From: Mobula birostris
Lineage: Eukaryota
NCBI RefSeq assembly: GCF_030028105.1
Contig: NC_092373.1
Location: 176,739,556 to 176,803,555 of the forward strand
DNA length: 64,000 nt
Reading direction: 5' to 3'
A model generated the notes under the pieces. It was given only the letters and a program-made list of their open reading frames with translations, searched no databases and was not told the DNA's origin. Positions 11,997-23,654 of the stretch are shown here, in pieces; within the stretch, counting starts at the first letter, position 1, and each line of letters opens with the position of its first letter. A program made the position numbers and the translations under genes.

Positions 11997-13335
11997 GAAA
12001 AGCTATTGGAAGGTATTCTAAGGGATCGGATATATAAGTATTTGGATAGACATGGACTGATTAAGAATAATCAACATGGCTTTGTACATGGTAGGCAATG
12101 TCTAACCAATCTTATAGAGTTTTTCAAGGAAGTTACCAGAACAGTGGATGACGGCAAGGCAATGGATGTTGTCGACATGGACCTTAATAAGGCATTTGAC
12201 AAGGTCCCGCATGGGAGACTGGTCAAGAAGGTTCAGTCGCTGGGCGTCAGGATGAGGTAGTAAATTGGATTAGACATTGGCTTTGTGGAAGAAGGCAGAG
12301 AGTGGTCTTAGAGTTGCATCTCTGACTGGAGGCCTGTGACTTGTGGTGTGCCACAGGCATCAGTGCTGAGTCCATTGTTGTTTGTCATCTATATCAATGA
12401 TCTGGATGCTAATGTGGTTAACTAGATCAGCAAATTTGCAGTCGACACCAAGATTGGAAATGTAGTGGACAATGAAGAAGGTTATCATGGCTTGCAGAGG
12501 ATCTGCATCAGCTGGAAAATGGGCTGAAAAATGGCAGATGGAATTTAATGCAGACAACTGTGAGGTTCAGCATTTCAGTAGGACCAACCAAGGTAAGTAT
12601 TACACTGTGAGGGGTGTGGTAGAACAAAGGGATCTGGGAATAAAGGTTCATCATTCATTGAAAGTGGTGTCACAGGTAGATAGGGCTGTAAAGAAAGCTT
12701 ATTAGCACATTGGCCTTCCTAAATCAATGTATTGACTTCAGAAGTTAAGATGTTATGTTGAAGTTGTATAAGACATTGGTGAGGCCTAATTTGGAGTATT
12801 GTATGCAGTTTTGGTCATATTCCTACAGGAAAGACGTAAACGAGGTTGAAAGAGTGCAGAGAAAATTTACAAGATGTTGCTGGGTCTGGAGGACCTGAGT
12901 TATAAGGAAGGAAAGATTGAATATGTTTGGACTGTATTCTTTAGAACATAGAAGATTGAGAGGAGGTTTGATAGAGGTATACAAGATTATGAGGGGTATA
13001 GATGGGGTAAATACAAGCAGGCTTTTTCCCCACTAAGGTTGGGTGGGACTACAACTAGAGGTCATGGGCTAAGAGTGAAAGGTGAAATGTTTAAGGGGAA
13101 CATGAGGGGAAACGTCTTCACTCAGAGGGTCATGAGAGTGTGGAATGAGCTGCCAGCGCAAGAGGTGATGCGCGTTTGACTTCAACATTTAAGAAAAGTT
13201 GGGATAGGTACATGGGTAGTGGGGATATGGGGGGCTATGGTCCCAGTGCAAGTCAATGGGAGTAGGCAGATTAAATGGTTTCAGAATGGACTAGATGGGC
13301 TGAAGGGCCTGTTTCTGTGCTCTCTGACTCTATGA
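11997..13335 (+). mobile_element. CR1 LINE RT region through the 3' end
   Basis: QHGFVHGRQCLTNLIEFF, DLNKAFDKVPH, WAEKWQMEFN; 3' end 'gggctgaagggcctgtttctgtgct...ctctatg'. Confidence 0.9.
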
Positions 13336-13430
13336 GAAGATAAGGTGTTTTTCCTCAGACTCAGAGAGTGTGGGAGTGGGATAGAGAACTAAGGTGGGAG
13401 GCAAAAGGAAGCTCAGGTGCTCTACAAAAC

Positions 13431-13620
13431 TGTGGTGATATGATGTGTCAGAATGTAATTGGAGAGAGTTCTGAGCATGCGCGGAAATGATAGAATGATT
13501 GAGAACATGGTACTGTAAGAAACGTGGTTTGGTTGTAGCTGTAAATAAAAGTTCTATGTCTTCCAGAATGTGTTTCTTTATTAGTAACCCACAGTACATA
13601 TAAATATAAAGAACACAAGG
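13431..13620 (+). repeat. 5' LTR
   Basis: Begins TGTGGTGATA, contains AATAAA, and aligns to 15761-15948. Confidence 0.9.
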
Positions 13621-13755
13621 TGGTGTTAGGAGTCGGTCTGGAACACAATATGGTGTCAGAAGTTGGTCTGGAGGAATAATACGTTACCTAACACGGGAGA
13701 ATCGAAGATAATCGAAAAGAGTTCGAACTGTTTTGGTGTGCTAACAGTTTTGCAA

Positions 13756-15115
13756 ATGGAAAGGCTGCAACCTCCACCGACACTTCAATTGTCTGGGAAC
13801 ATAGCAGAGAACTGGAGAAATTTTAAGCACCATTTTGAAATTTATTTATCAGCGATCGGAGCAGAATAGAAAACCGGAAAAAACGAAAGCTGTGCTTCTA
13901 CTCCACGTAATAGATGACGACGCAATTGAGGTATATAACCATTTTACTTCTGAAATTGGAGATAATTTAAAGTCAATAATGGACAAATTTGAAGCATTTT
14001 GTATACCAAAGCATAATGTGACGTATGAGCAATACAAATTTTTTACATGTATGCACAGAGCTGGTGAAACTATTGATCAATATGTTACTGAGTTGAGACA
14101 CCAGAGTAAAACATGCGAGTTTGGAGAACTGACAGACTCTCTCATTAAAGACAGAATTGTTTATGGCATTCTGGATAATGGTCTGAGAGAAAGACTGTTA
14201 AGAGAACAAGATTTAGACTTAGAAAAAGCCTTGATGCTCTGCAAAGCTTCAGAAAACGTGATGTTGCAGGCTAAAGAACTTTTTATTGACAGCTGCGACA
14301 TAAACGCTGTGAAAAAGAGCGAATATATTAGAAAAAATAATAAAATGACAACAAAACCGACAGAGAGCAAGACGTCATCTGAAAGAAAAAAGCTATGTGA
14401 TCGCTGTGGGTGGCAGCATTGGCCAAAATAGTGTCCAGTGTATGGAAAAATGTGCAACAACTACGGTAAGAGCAATCATTTTTCACGCTGTTGCAGAAGT
14501 AAAAAGAAAATAAAACAAGTAAATGCAGTGCTTGAAAATGAACTTAAGGAGTTCTATATAGATGTGCTTTGTGAAAACAAACGAAGTAAGAATGACTGGA
14601 CTATTCCATTGCAAGTGAACCAAAACAATATTCTGTTTAAACTTGATACTGGAGCACAAGTAAATGTTCTTGCAGAATCTGAGTTTAATGCATTGAAGTC
14701 AAGACCAAAGTTACATAAGACAAATATAAAAGTGACTGGGTATTCAGATGCAGATATTCCAGTTAAAGGAACATGTGTGGCAAAAGTATCACACAAAAAT
14801 ATTGTGCACATGCTTTCATTTGTGGTGGTGCCAAAGAATGTACAGTCAATACTGGGTTTATCTGCCTGTGAGAGACTGAATTTGGTGAAAATAGTCTTAG
14901 TCCTGGACAGTGACACAGAGTTAGAATGCCGTGACTTGATGAAAGAGTATGAGGACTTATTCAAAGGGCTTGGTTGTCTTCCAGGAGAGCACATGATTAA
15001 AATTGACAACACAGTGCAACCCATAGTACATCCATGTAGAAAAATGCCTTTTGCATTACGTCATCAACTGAAAACAGAGCTTGACAGAATGGAATGGCTA
15101 GAAGTCATAAAGAAA
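13756..15115 (+). pseudogene. Gypsy gag-protease-start of RT (frameshift at about 13868, stop at 14429-14431)
   Basis: Gag (NIAENW..F, DSLIKDRIVYGI), two degenerate zinc knuckles (CDRCG.QH...CP, CNN.GKSNHFSRCC), protease FKLDTGAQVN, and RT N-terminus (P.ALR.QLK.ELDRM...EVIKK). Confidence 0.9.
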
Positions 15116-15471
15116 GGCCGCAGACCCATCCCTTTGTTACCAGCATCTGACAAAGCATTGCCACCAAAACCAGGAGTCGCAATTTTGCCCTCTGGACATG
15201 AATCGATGGGCCATGCATTCCATCACAATCTCACCTCTGCAGGAGGACAGAGGCCAAACTTGCCGGTACAGTACAATACTGATCTGAAGCTAACGAGTGA
15301 CAAGAATCAGGTTCCAATTGGAGAAGTGAAAGCACAAGTGAAGGAATTGAGAAGTTTTATTGAAATGATGAAGTCTCAGCATAAAAAAGAGATTACACAG
15401 TTAATGAATTAGATGAAGAAAAGAAGATTCATATTTCATTACAAATGGAAGTGGAAGGAATTAAGAAAGCT
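15110..15471 (+). pseudogene. SH3KBP1: Captured, apparently processed fragment of SH3KBP1/CIN85 (proline-rich tail plus C-terminal coiled coil)
   Basis: Translates to SDKALPPKPG...EVKAQVKELRSFIEMMKSQHKKEITQLMN/LDEEKKIHISLQMEVEGIKKA. Recalled human CIN85 reads SDNKASLPPKPG...[51 protein letters not shown]. Confidence 0.85.
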
Positions 15472-15702
15472 ACAGTACTTGAAGAAGTACAACCCAGATC
15501 ATACATGGTCCAAACAGAAGAAGGAGCAGTGTTAAGAAGAAATCGCAAAGACCTCAAGAAAGAGCTAACTTCAGAGTTTCAGTTAACTGATGCAGACCAG
15601 ACAAAACATGGAAATAACAACGAAACTCAAGAACTGTGCAAACTACTTAGGAGGTCTACTCGTGTTCGTAAACCCCCAGGGAGACTGATAGAGACATGTT
15701 AA
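15472..15702 (+). pseudogene. Gypsy integrase C-terminal tail
   Basis: TV...QPRSY.VQTE.G..LRRNR..L...RRSTRVRKPP.RL followed by a stop just upstream of the PPT. Confidence 0.85.
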
Positions 15703-15760
15703 ATTATGCATTTGTTCTGGTTAACGTTGCTAATTGTTTTCCTTTTTAAGGAAAGGAAGA

Positions 15761-15948
15761 TGTGGTGATATCACGTGTAAGAATGTGATTGGAGAGAGTT
15801 CTGAGCATGTGCAGAAATGGTAGAAAGATCTGGAAACATAGCGCTGTAAGACACGTGTGGTTGTTGCTGTTAAATAAAAGTTCAATTCTTCCAGAATATG
15901 GTTCTTTATTAGAAACCCACGGTACGTATTAATATAAAGAACACAACA
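15761..15948 (+). repeat. 3' LTR
   Basis: Follows the PPT; TGT...ACA termini; followed by TSD AAAAC. Confidence 0.92.
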
Positions 15949-15999
15949 AAAACAATTGCCCAGTCGGTGTTTGGTTTCTCAGTGTAGGGGCAGCCTCAG

Positions 16000-16620
16000 T
16001 AGAATCAGGTTTATTATCACTTATATATGCTGTGAAATTTGATACTTTGTGCAATATATGTTAAAAAATACAATCAGTTACAATAAGAAATATAAGAAGT
16101 GTAAGTACTGCAAAAAGGGAACAAAATCATGAGGTAATGCTCATAGGATCATTGTCCAATCAGAAATTAGGTGTGGCAGAAACTGTTCCTAAAAGTTTAA
16201 GTGTGTACCTCATTCCTGATCGTAGTAATGAGATGAGGGCTTGTCCTGGGTGGTGGGGGTCTTTCCGAGACACCACCTTTGAAGATGCTAGTGCCCATGA
16301 AGGAACTGGCTGAGTTGACAACCCTCTGCTGCTTCATCCAATCCTGTGCACTGGTGCCTCCATACCAGATGGTGATGCAACCAGATAGAATGATCTGTAG
16401 AAATTTGCTGGAGTCTTTGGTGACGTATTCTCAAACTGCTAATAAAATAAAGCCGCTGGTATGCTTTCTTCATAATTCCATCGATATGTTGGGCCCAGGA
16501 TAGACCTTCAGAGAAGCTGACACCCAGGAACTTGAAACTGCTCACCCTTTCCACTGCTGATCCCTCGATGCACACTGGAGTGTGTTCTCCTGACTCCCTC
16601 TTCCTGAAGTCATTCCTGAA
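16000..16620 (-). mobile_element. Degenerate Rex1/Babar LINE 3' part
   Basis: ORF 16288-16575: VERVSSFKFLGV...KKAYQRLYF. Confidence 0.75.
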
Positions 16621-16624
16621 GACT

Positions 16625-17055
16625 ATTTGCGGTATTCAAGACTGGAAGAAGTGCAATTGAATCGCTGCTTCATCGGAAGTGACAGCATGGGTCCGCCGAT
16701 GGTGGGAGCGGGTGGAAGGTCGACTGCTACAGTTCCTGCAGTTACGTGGGGAAGTGTCAGTGTGGGAGATGAAGATGGAAGAACAGGCCAGGGAGTGGCA
16801 AAGAGAGAGATCACTTCAGAATACTGAAAGTCGGGGGCGGGGTGGGGGAGACATATCTGGTGGAAAAGTCTTGTCGGCAGAAATTGATTCATTGCTGTTG
16901 CGCGGCTGGTGGGATGGAAGGTGAGGATAGGGGAAAGATTCATTGTTCATCTCTTCGGGAGGATAAGGGTGAGATCAGAGGTGAGCAAAACAGATAAAAT
17001 GTGGTCACATTTCTGACCACTGTAGTAAAAGTGAAGCCGCAATTCAGGAAGAACA
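16625..17055 (-). mobile_element. Penelope-like fragment (RT-endonuclease linker)
   Basis: TIGGP...MKQRFNCTSSSL, matching the start of the PLE GIY-YIG region. Confidence 0.55.
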
Positions 17056-17177
17056 TTTTTTTCCCTTGAATATGAGCCTCACCAGTTCCTCTCCAATAGT
17101 ACACTCATTTGTATGGTTGGACCTGGCCTTTCATTGAACAATTTTCTGTTCTGCTCTACCCACTCCATCCAGATCAA

Positions 17178-19220
17178 AAGATTCAAGATTCAAAAGATTC
17201 AAAAAACTTTGTTGTTATTCTAACCATACATCAGCTCTGCAGGGCAGAATGAGACAGCGTTTCTCAGGGGCAGTGCAATCATAACATAACAAAAGCAACA
17301 CTAAATAATAAACATAACAATAAATAGTAAAACACAACAGCCACATGTCAGTTAAAATCAGTTATAAGTGTCCAGTGCAAGTTAAAAGTGTCCAAAGCAG
17401 AGTCAGGTGGAGCAGCTATTTAGCAGTCTGACTGCCTGTGGGAGGAAGCTGTTTAGTAGCCTTGTGGTTTTAGTTTTGATGCTCCTGTAACGTTTGCCTG
17501 ATGCAGAAGAACAAACAGTTCATGGAGAGGGTGTGAGGAGTCTTTAACGATGTACCGTGTCTTCTGGAGGCATCGACTCTGAAAGAGGTCTTGGACAGAA
17601 GGTAGGGAGACCCCAATAACCTTCTCTGCTCCCCTAACCACCCTCTGCTAGGCTTTTTTGTCGACAGCATTGCAGCTGGAGTACCAGGTTGTGATGCAAA
17701 AGGTCAGCACACTCTCAACCACGCCTCTGTAGAATGTAATTAAGATGTTAGTGGGGAGTGATGCTTGTTTAAGCTTCCTCAGAAAGTGCAATCTCTGCTG
17801 GGCCCGTTTCACAATCCCAGTGGTGTTCCTGGACCAGGTGAGATTGTCCGAGATCTGCACCCCAAGGAACTTGATGTTTTCCACTCTCTCCACTGTGGAG
17901 CCGCTGATGCTGAGGGGTGCGTGCTCAGGCTGAGACCATCTGAAATTGACAATCATCTCCTTGGTTTTGGTGACATTAAGCATCAAGTTGTTATCCCTTC
18001 ACCAGCTCTCTAGGTGCTTGACCTCCTCCCTGTACATAGTTTCATCATCTTTGCTGATGAGCCCCACCACTTTGGTATCATCTGCAAATTTAATGATCAG
18101 GTTCTCCTTGAATCTGGCTGCACAGTCATGTGTTAGCAGTGTAAACAGCAATGGGCTAAGCACACAGCCTTGTGGGGATCCAGTGCTCAGTGTGATGGTC
18201 AGAGCTGTTCCTGCCAACACAGACTGACTGTGGTCTCTCTATCAAGAAATCCAGAATCCAGCGACACATGGCAGTGCTAAGGCCAAGCAGCGACAGTTTC
18301 TCCACTAGTCTCTGTGGGATGATGGTATTGAGTGCTGAACTGAAATCAATGTACAGGATTCTGGCATAAGTGTCTTTATTGTCCAAGTGACAGAGAACTG
18401 TGTGCAGTGTGGTGGATATTGCATCATCCGTAGAGTGATCTGGACGATAAGCAAACTGTAGAAGATCAAGCGATGAGGGGAGGCTGGCTGTGATATGAGG
18501 CTTGACAAGTCGTTCAAAACATTTCATCACTATGGGGGTCAGGGCAACGGGACGGTAATCATTCAGACAGGCTCCAACTGATTTCTTTGCTACAGGGATG
18601 ATTGTGGAGGTTTTGAAGCATCTGGGGACAATAGCTTGACTAAGGGAGATGTTGAAAATGTCTGTCAGGGCATCTGCTAATACCTCAGCACATTCCTTGA
18701 GCACACGACCAGAGATGTTGTCAGGACCTCCCGCTTTCCGTGGGTTGACCCTGGCAAGGGTCCTCCGTGTTTGCTCTGGATCAATGATTGGAGCCGGCTG
18801 GTCAGATGGTAAAAAGGGACTGGCTCTCCCCCTTGCTGTAGTGTTTGATGCTTCGAAGCGGGTAAAGAAATTGTTAAGCCTGTCTGGAAGAGGGGTGTCG
18901 CTGTCATCAGTTTTCTGCCTGATCTTGTAGTCTGTCAGAGCTTTAATTCCCTGCCACATCCGTCTGGTGTCACCTGTGTCACAGAAGTGTCCATGTATTT
19001 TGCCCGGGTAGGCACTTTTCGCTTTCCTGATCCCTAGTGAAAGCGCAGACCTGGCTGAGTGAAGCGCACTCCTGTCCCCCGATCTGTAAGCTGTGTCACG
19101 GGCCTTCAGTAGTGAAAGCACCTCTGTTGTCATCCATGGCTTTTTATAACCACGTGTGGTGAAGGTTTTCATCACAGTGACATCCTCCGAGCATTTGGCT
19201 ATCAAGAATGTAAATACCAC
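17178..19220 (-). mobile_element. Rex1/Babar LINE with a largely intact RT region (frameshifted)
   Basis: ORFs 18156-19220, 17999-18220 and 17648-17986: [37 protein letters not shown]; (ttgaatc)n tail at about 17178-17202. Confidence 0.92.
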
Positions 19221-19254
19221 CCCATCTCATGTGTTGATATTTTCAGTTGGAATG

Positions 19255-19916
19255 TTGCAAGATAGCACGCGTGGCCTCTCCAGTGAATGATATCGGTTAT
19301 CTGTCAAGTAGGGGACTGTGCACAATTCTGATTTGACGGAGACGGACGTGAGAGCACGGAGGAACATGTGGAAAACTTCTGAAATGCCCGCTTCGCTGCC
19401 ACTGCTACTGTGTGGTAACCGGAATCTCCGGAGCAGAAGGCCCCGAAATCTTTGGCTTTGCTTGTTTCAATGGCTGGGGCGAGGTCAAAGATGCTCGGCA
19501 GAGGATGGCGCTCGGGAGGCTGTATTGGAGCAGCTGGTCGGAGGCTCGAAGTTTTTGGACGGACGGACTCAGTGCCGGCTGCTTCCAAGGCATCGGCAAG
19601 TTGACGGTGCCTGGAGGTTTATGGCAGGGAGTTTCTCCCTTTTGCCGCCTGCTATCAGGTACTCGGGAGTCAATCGACTCGGGGACTTTGAGACTATTTT
19701 TACCATGCCCATGGTTTGTTCTTCATCAAATTATGGTATTGCTTTGCACTGCTGTAACTATATGTTATAATTATGTGGTTCTGTCAGTGTTAGTCTTCGG
19801 TCTATCCTGTTTTCTGCGATATCACTCTGGAGGAACATTGTATCATTTCTTAATGCATGTATACATTTCTAAATGACAATAAAAGAGGACTGAGTGTTCT
19901 CATAATCTAATCTAAA
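19255..19916 (+). mobile_element. Unclassified non-autonomous retroelement (GC-rich body, (aatct)n tail)
   Basis: Ends 'aataaaagaggactgagtgttctcataatctaatctaa'; the same 3' end recurs at about 36838-36881. Confidence 0.55.
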
Positions 19917-20784
19917 TTGTTCGACTATGGTTGGAGTATTGTGTGCAGTTCCGATTGCCTCACTTTAGGAAGAAAGTGATTGCACTGAAGAGGGTTGAGA
20001 GGAGATTCACCAGGATATTGCCTGAATTGACTTTAGTTATGGGGAAAGATTGGGGACTCAGAATCGGGTTTGTGATTACAGAGACACATCATGGCATTTG
20101 TTATTCTGAGGCAGTGGTTTGGTGAAGGACATAAAAATAACTAAGTCACAGAGTAAATAACTGTATTTTGCAAAGGACAAATAAGAAGGCAGTATTCATA
20201 GACCATTCAGAAATGTATGTTGATTGTCAGGGAGGAGGAGATTTTACTACCAATCTACACCAAAGAGTAACCTGATAGCCTGATAGTGGTATTTAAAACT
20301 ATAAAAGATAGTCAGAACCCTTTTTTAAAAAATGATTTCGTGATGCAGCACAGAATAGGCCCTTCTGATCCTTCCAGCCATGCCATCCCAGCAAGCCATA
20401 ACAAACTTGATTGACCCTAAACTAATCATGGGACAATATACAATGACCAATTAACCTACCCTGTGTGAGGAAACCGGAGGACCCGGAGATATCCACAGGA
20501 TACAGAGATTCCTTACAGAACGGTGCTGGAATTGAACTCTGAACTCTGGAATGCCCTGGGGGTCACACTGACTGCTATGCTACCGTGGCGCTCCCAGTGT
20601 GAAGTATCAAAAACGAGATGGCATTGGTTTAAGATGAGAGGAAGGAAATTTAAAGCTGATCTGAGGGGGTAAGATTCCCCCCCTCCCACTCAGAGAGTCA
20701 TTGATATCAGCAATGCATTGTCAGAGGGGGTGGAATCAGATACGATTCCACTTTGTTCGGTACAGCAGTAAAACCCAGTGTGAT

Positions 20785-21248
20785 ATTCAGCCCATCCACT
20801 TCCAAGTTTTGACGTGTTGTATACTCAGAGATGCCCACCAGTGTTGTAATGCGTGGTTACTGGAGTTACTGTCAACTTGAACCAGTCTGTCCATTCTCCT
20901 CCAACCTCTCATGGCATTATGGTCCACAGAACTACCAACAGCATGTTTTTTTTTTGTTTCTTTCTTAAACACCATTCCCTGTAAAGTCCAGAGAATGTTG
21001 CGTACGAAAATCCCAAGATCAGCAGTTTCTGAGATACCAGAACCACAGTCTAGCATCAACAATCATTCCATGGTCGAGGTCACTTAGATCACATTTTGTC
21101 CCCATTCTCTTGTTTGGTCTGAACAGCAACTCAACCTCTTGACCATATCTGCATGTTTTTATGCACTGAGTTGCTGCCACATGATTGGCTAATTAGATAG
21201 TTGCAGTAACAAGGTGTACAGGTGTACCTAATAAAGAGATCACAGTGC
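20785..21248 (-). mobile_element. Tc1/mariner remnant
   Basis: Terminal 'tgtacctaataaag' (TIR-like; its reverse complement occurs at about 7341-7354) and a degenerate transposase-like frame (RG.RRM.RLV). Confidence 0.55.
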
Positions 21249-21959
21249 AAGTTTAGAGGCATTTAGACACTTAATTAGGCAAAGCATAGAACAAAATGCT
21301 GGAGGAACTCAGTAGCATCTATAAAGGAAGTGGATAGTCAACATATTGAGTTGAGGACAAGGCTTGTCACATGGACTGTCATAGAAGGAGATAACCAGTA
21401 ATAAAAAGGTGGAGGGAAGGGAGGGAGCAAGACCTGGCAGATGATATATGGATTCATGTTAGGAGGGGTGAAGGCAGAGGGAGGGGAGAGCTGTAAAACA
21501 ACAGAAGCAGGGAGATAGAGCTTCTAGATTTCAGCATCTCGTATCTGTCTCCAGGACAGAAAAACTAGAGTCCTAATGAGTCAGATGGGTTTATCATAGA
21601 CTGAAAAGTCAATGTTTATGTGATGGGTCAAAGAGACTCTTCAAGTTTATACCCCTCTTGTTTTAAAGTTTAAAATGTCATCCCTTTTCATATTCCTTAA
21701 AATTGTTCATTTTCTAGGTAAAAGCCCAAGTTCATCTTATGATGATTATATTTACTCTTTTCAGAGACTGTGACAAAGCTAATTATTGCTCAAACTAACT
21801 TTGTTGCCTATTACACCTTGTAAATTCTGTTGAATTAACACAATGGGAGATCACAAATCAGACCACATTCTCTTTGTATGAACAGTTTCTTCAACACTTC
21901 AGTGCACAGGTCACTCTGCTGGGATAGAAAGCCATTACTTTTTCAATTTGAGGTACTTA

Positions 21960-22228
21960 AGGCCAGCTGGTGGCGTAGTGGCATCAGCACTGGACTTTGG
22001 GGCGAGAGGTCCCAAATTCAAATCCAGCTGGCTCCCTTGCACACTCTCCATCTGTGCCTAGGCTGAGTGTCGAGCTAACAACTTGATCTCAAAAAAAAAC
22101 CTGGAGAAGGATGGGCTCTGCCAGGTTTCAGATGCCCAAGACATGCTGTACAATGAGCATACCAAAAAAAACAGCTTGTCACGATGGCACCCCAACAACT
22201 CCACCAGGAGTTAAGGGCACACACACTT
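21960..22228 (+). mobile_element. tRNA-derived SINE
   Basis: A box TGGCGTAGTGG, B-box-like TTCAAATCC, and a (ca)n tail. Confidence 0.6.
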
Positions 22229-23300
22229 AATGAGTACTTTGCTTCAGTATTCACTACAGAAAAGGATCTTGGCCATTGTAGGGATGACTTACAGCAGACT
22301 GAAAAGTTTGAGCACGTAGATATTAAGGAAGAGGATGTGGTTAAGACCATATGATGCAGATCAGAATTAGGCCATTTGGCCCATCAAGTCTGCTCTGCCA
22401 TTTCATCATGGCTGATCCATTTTCCCTCTCAGCCGTAATCTCCTACCTTCTCCCCTTATTGCTTCATGCCCTGACCAATCAAGGATCTATCAGCATCTGC
22501 TTTAAATATACCCAATGACTTGGCCTCCACAGCCACCTGTGGAGCAAATTCCACAGATTCACCACTCTCTGGCTAAAGAAATTCCTCCTCTCCTCCTTTC
22601 TAAGAAGACACTCCTCCACCTCTGTTCTGAGGCTGTGTTCCCTGGTCCAAGACTCTCCCTCCATAGGAAGCATCTCCCACATCCACTCTTTCGAGGCCTT
22701 TCACCGTTTGACAGGTGATGGGACACTGGAGAGGGAGGGAGGGAGGGAGGGAGGGGGCAGGACTGGGAGGGGCAGTGTAAACCTGCTGGAGCTTTTCGAA
22801 AGCATCAAGTTGGACAGGTCACCAGGCACAGACGAGATGTACTCCAGGCTACTATGGGAGGTGAGGGAGGAGATTGCTGAGCCTCTGGTGATGACCTTTG
22901 CATCATCAATGGGGATGGGAGGTGTTCCAGAGGATTGGAGGGTTGTGGATGTTGTTCCCTTATTCTAGAAAGGGTGTAGAGATAGCCCAGGTAATTATAG
23001 ACCAGTGAGTCTTATTTCAGTGGTTGGTAAGTTGATGGAAAAGATCCTGAAAGGCAGGATTTATGAACATTTGGAGATAAATATGATTAGGAATAGTAAG
23101 CATGGCTTAGTCAAAGGTAGGGCATGCCTTACAAGCCTAATTGAACTTTGAGGATGTGACTAAACACATTGATAAAGGTAGAACAGTAGATGTAGTGTAT
23201 ATGGATTTCAGCAAGGCATATGATAAGGTACCCCATGCAAGGCTTACTGAGAAAGTAAGGAGGCATGGGATCCAAGGGGATATTGCTTTGTGGATCCAAT
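22226..23300 (+). mobile_element. CR1 ORF2 fragment with a nested antisense CR1 3' end (about 22343-22715)
   Basis: EEIAEPL, VPEDWRVVDVVPLF, VDVVYMDFSKAYDKVPH. Confidence 0.85.
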
Positions 23301-23654
23301 TCATGTTTCATCTCAATTTGCAGCCAATTTAACCCTGCATCTACATTGGGCACGTCATCTTAATCTAACAGCCTTGAATGCACTAGTTTATGCAGCATCA
23401 AATTTAACAAAATTGTCAAGCCAAGCAAGTTCACTCTTCTTGGCAATAGCAATCCTTCATACATAGCTTGAAGGAATGGGACAAAGGCTATTAGAGCCCA
23501 GAATTCCACTCGGAGTCTTCTGTATCAATGTACAAGTTTGTAAAAGTACAATTTTCTCTTTATTTGGAACACCATCTTTTACCCAGTGTAGGGTGGACCT
23601 CATCTGCTGATAGTTCAGTCATACTTGATGCACTCTGTTCATACAAAATTTGAC

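Larger units (their letters stand above)
13431..15948 (+). mobile_element. Ty3/Gypsy LTR retrotransposon (Mag-like), internally deleted and carrying a host-gene insert
   Basis: LTRs at 13431-13620 and 15761-15948 (3' LTR is TGT...ACA). TSD AAAAC at 13426-13430 and 15949-15953. tRNA-Leu PBS TGGTGTCAGAAGT at 13651; PPT AAGGAAAGGAAGA at 15748-15760. Confidence 0.95.

Noticed and set aside
15110-15471. A genuine SH3KBP1 gene or exon at this locus
   Set aside because: No evident splice sites at its edges, no other SH3KBP1 exons in the window, frameshifted, and enclosed by LTRs with a TSD.
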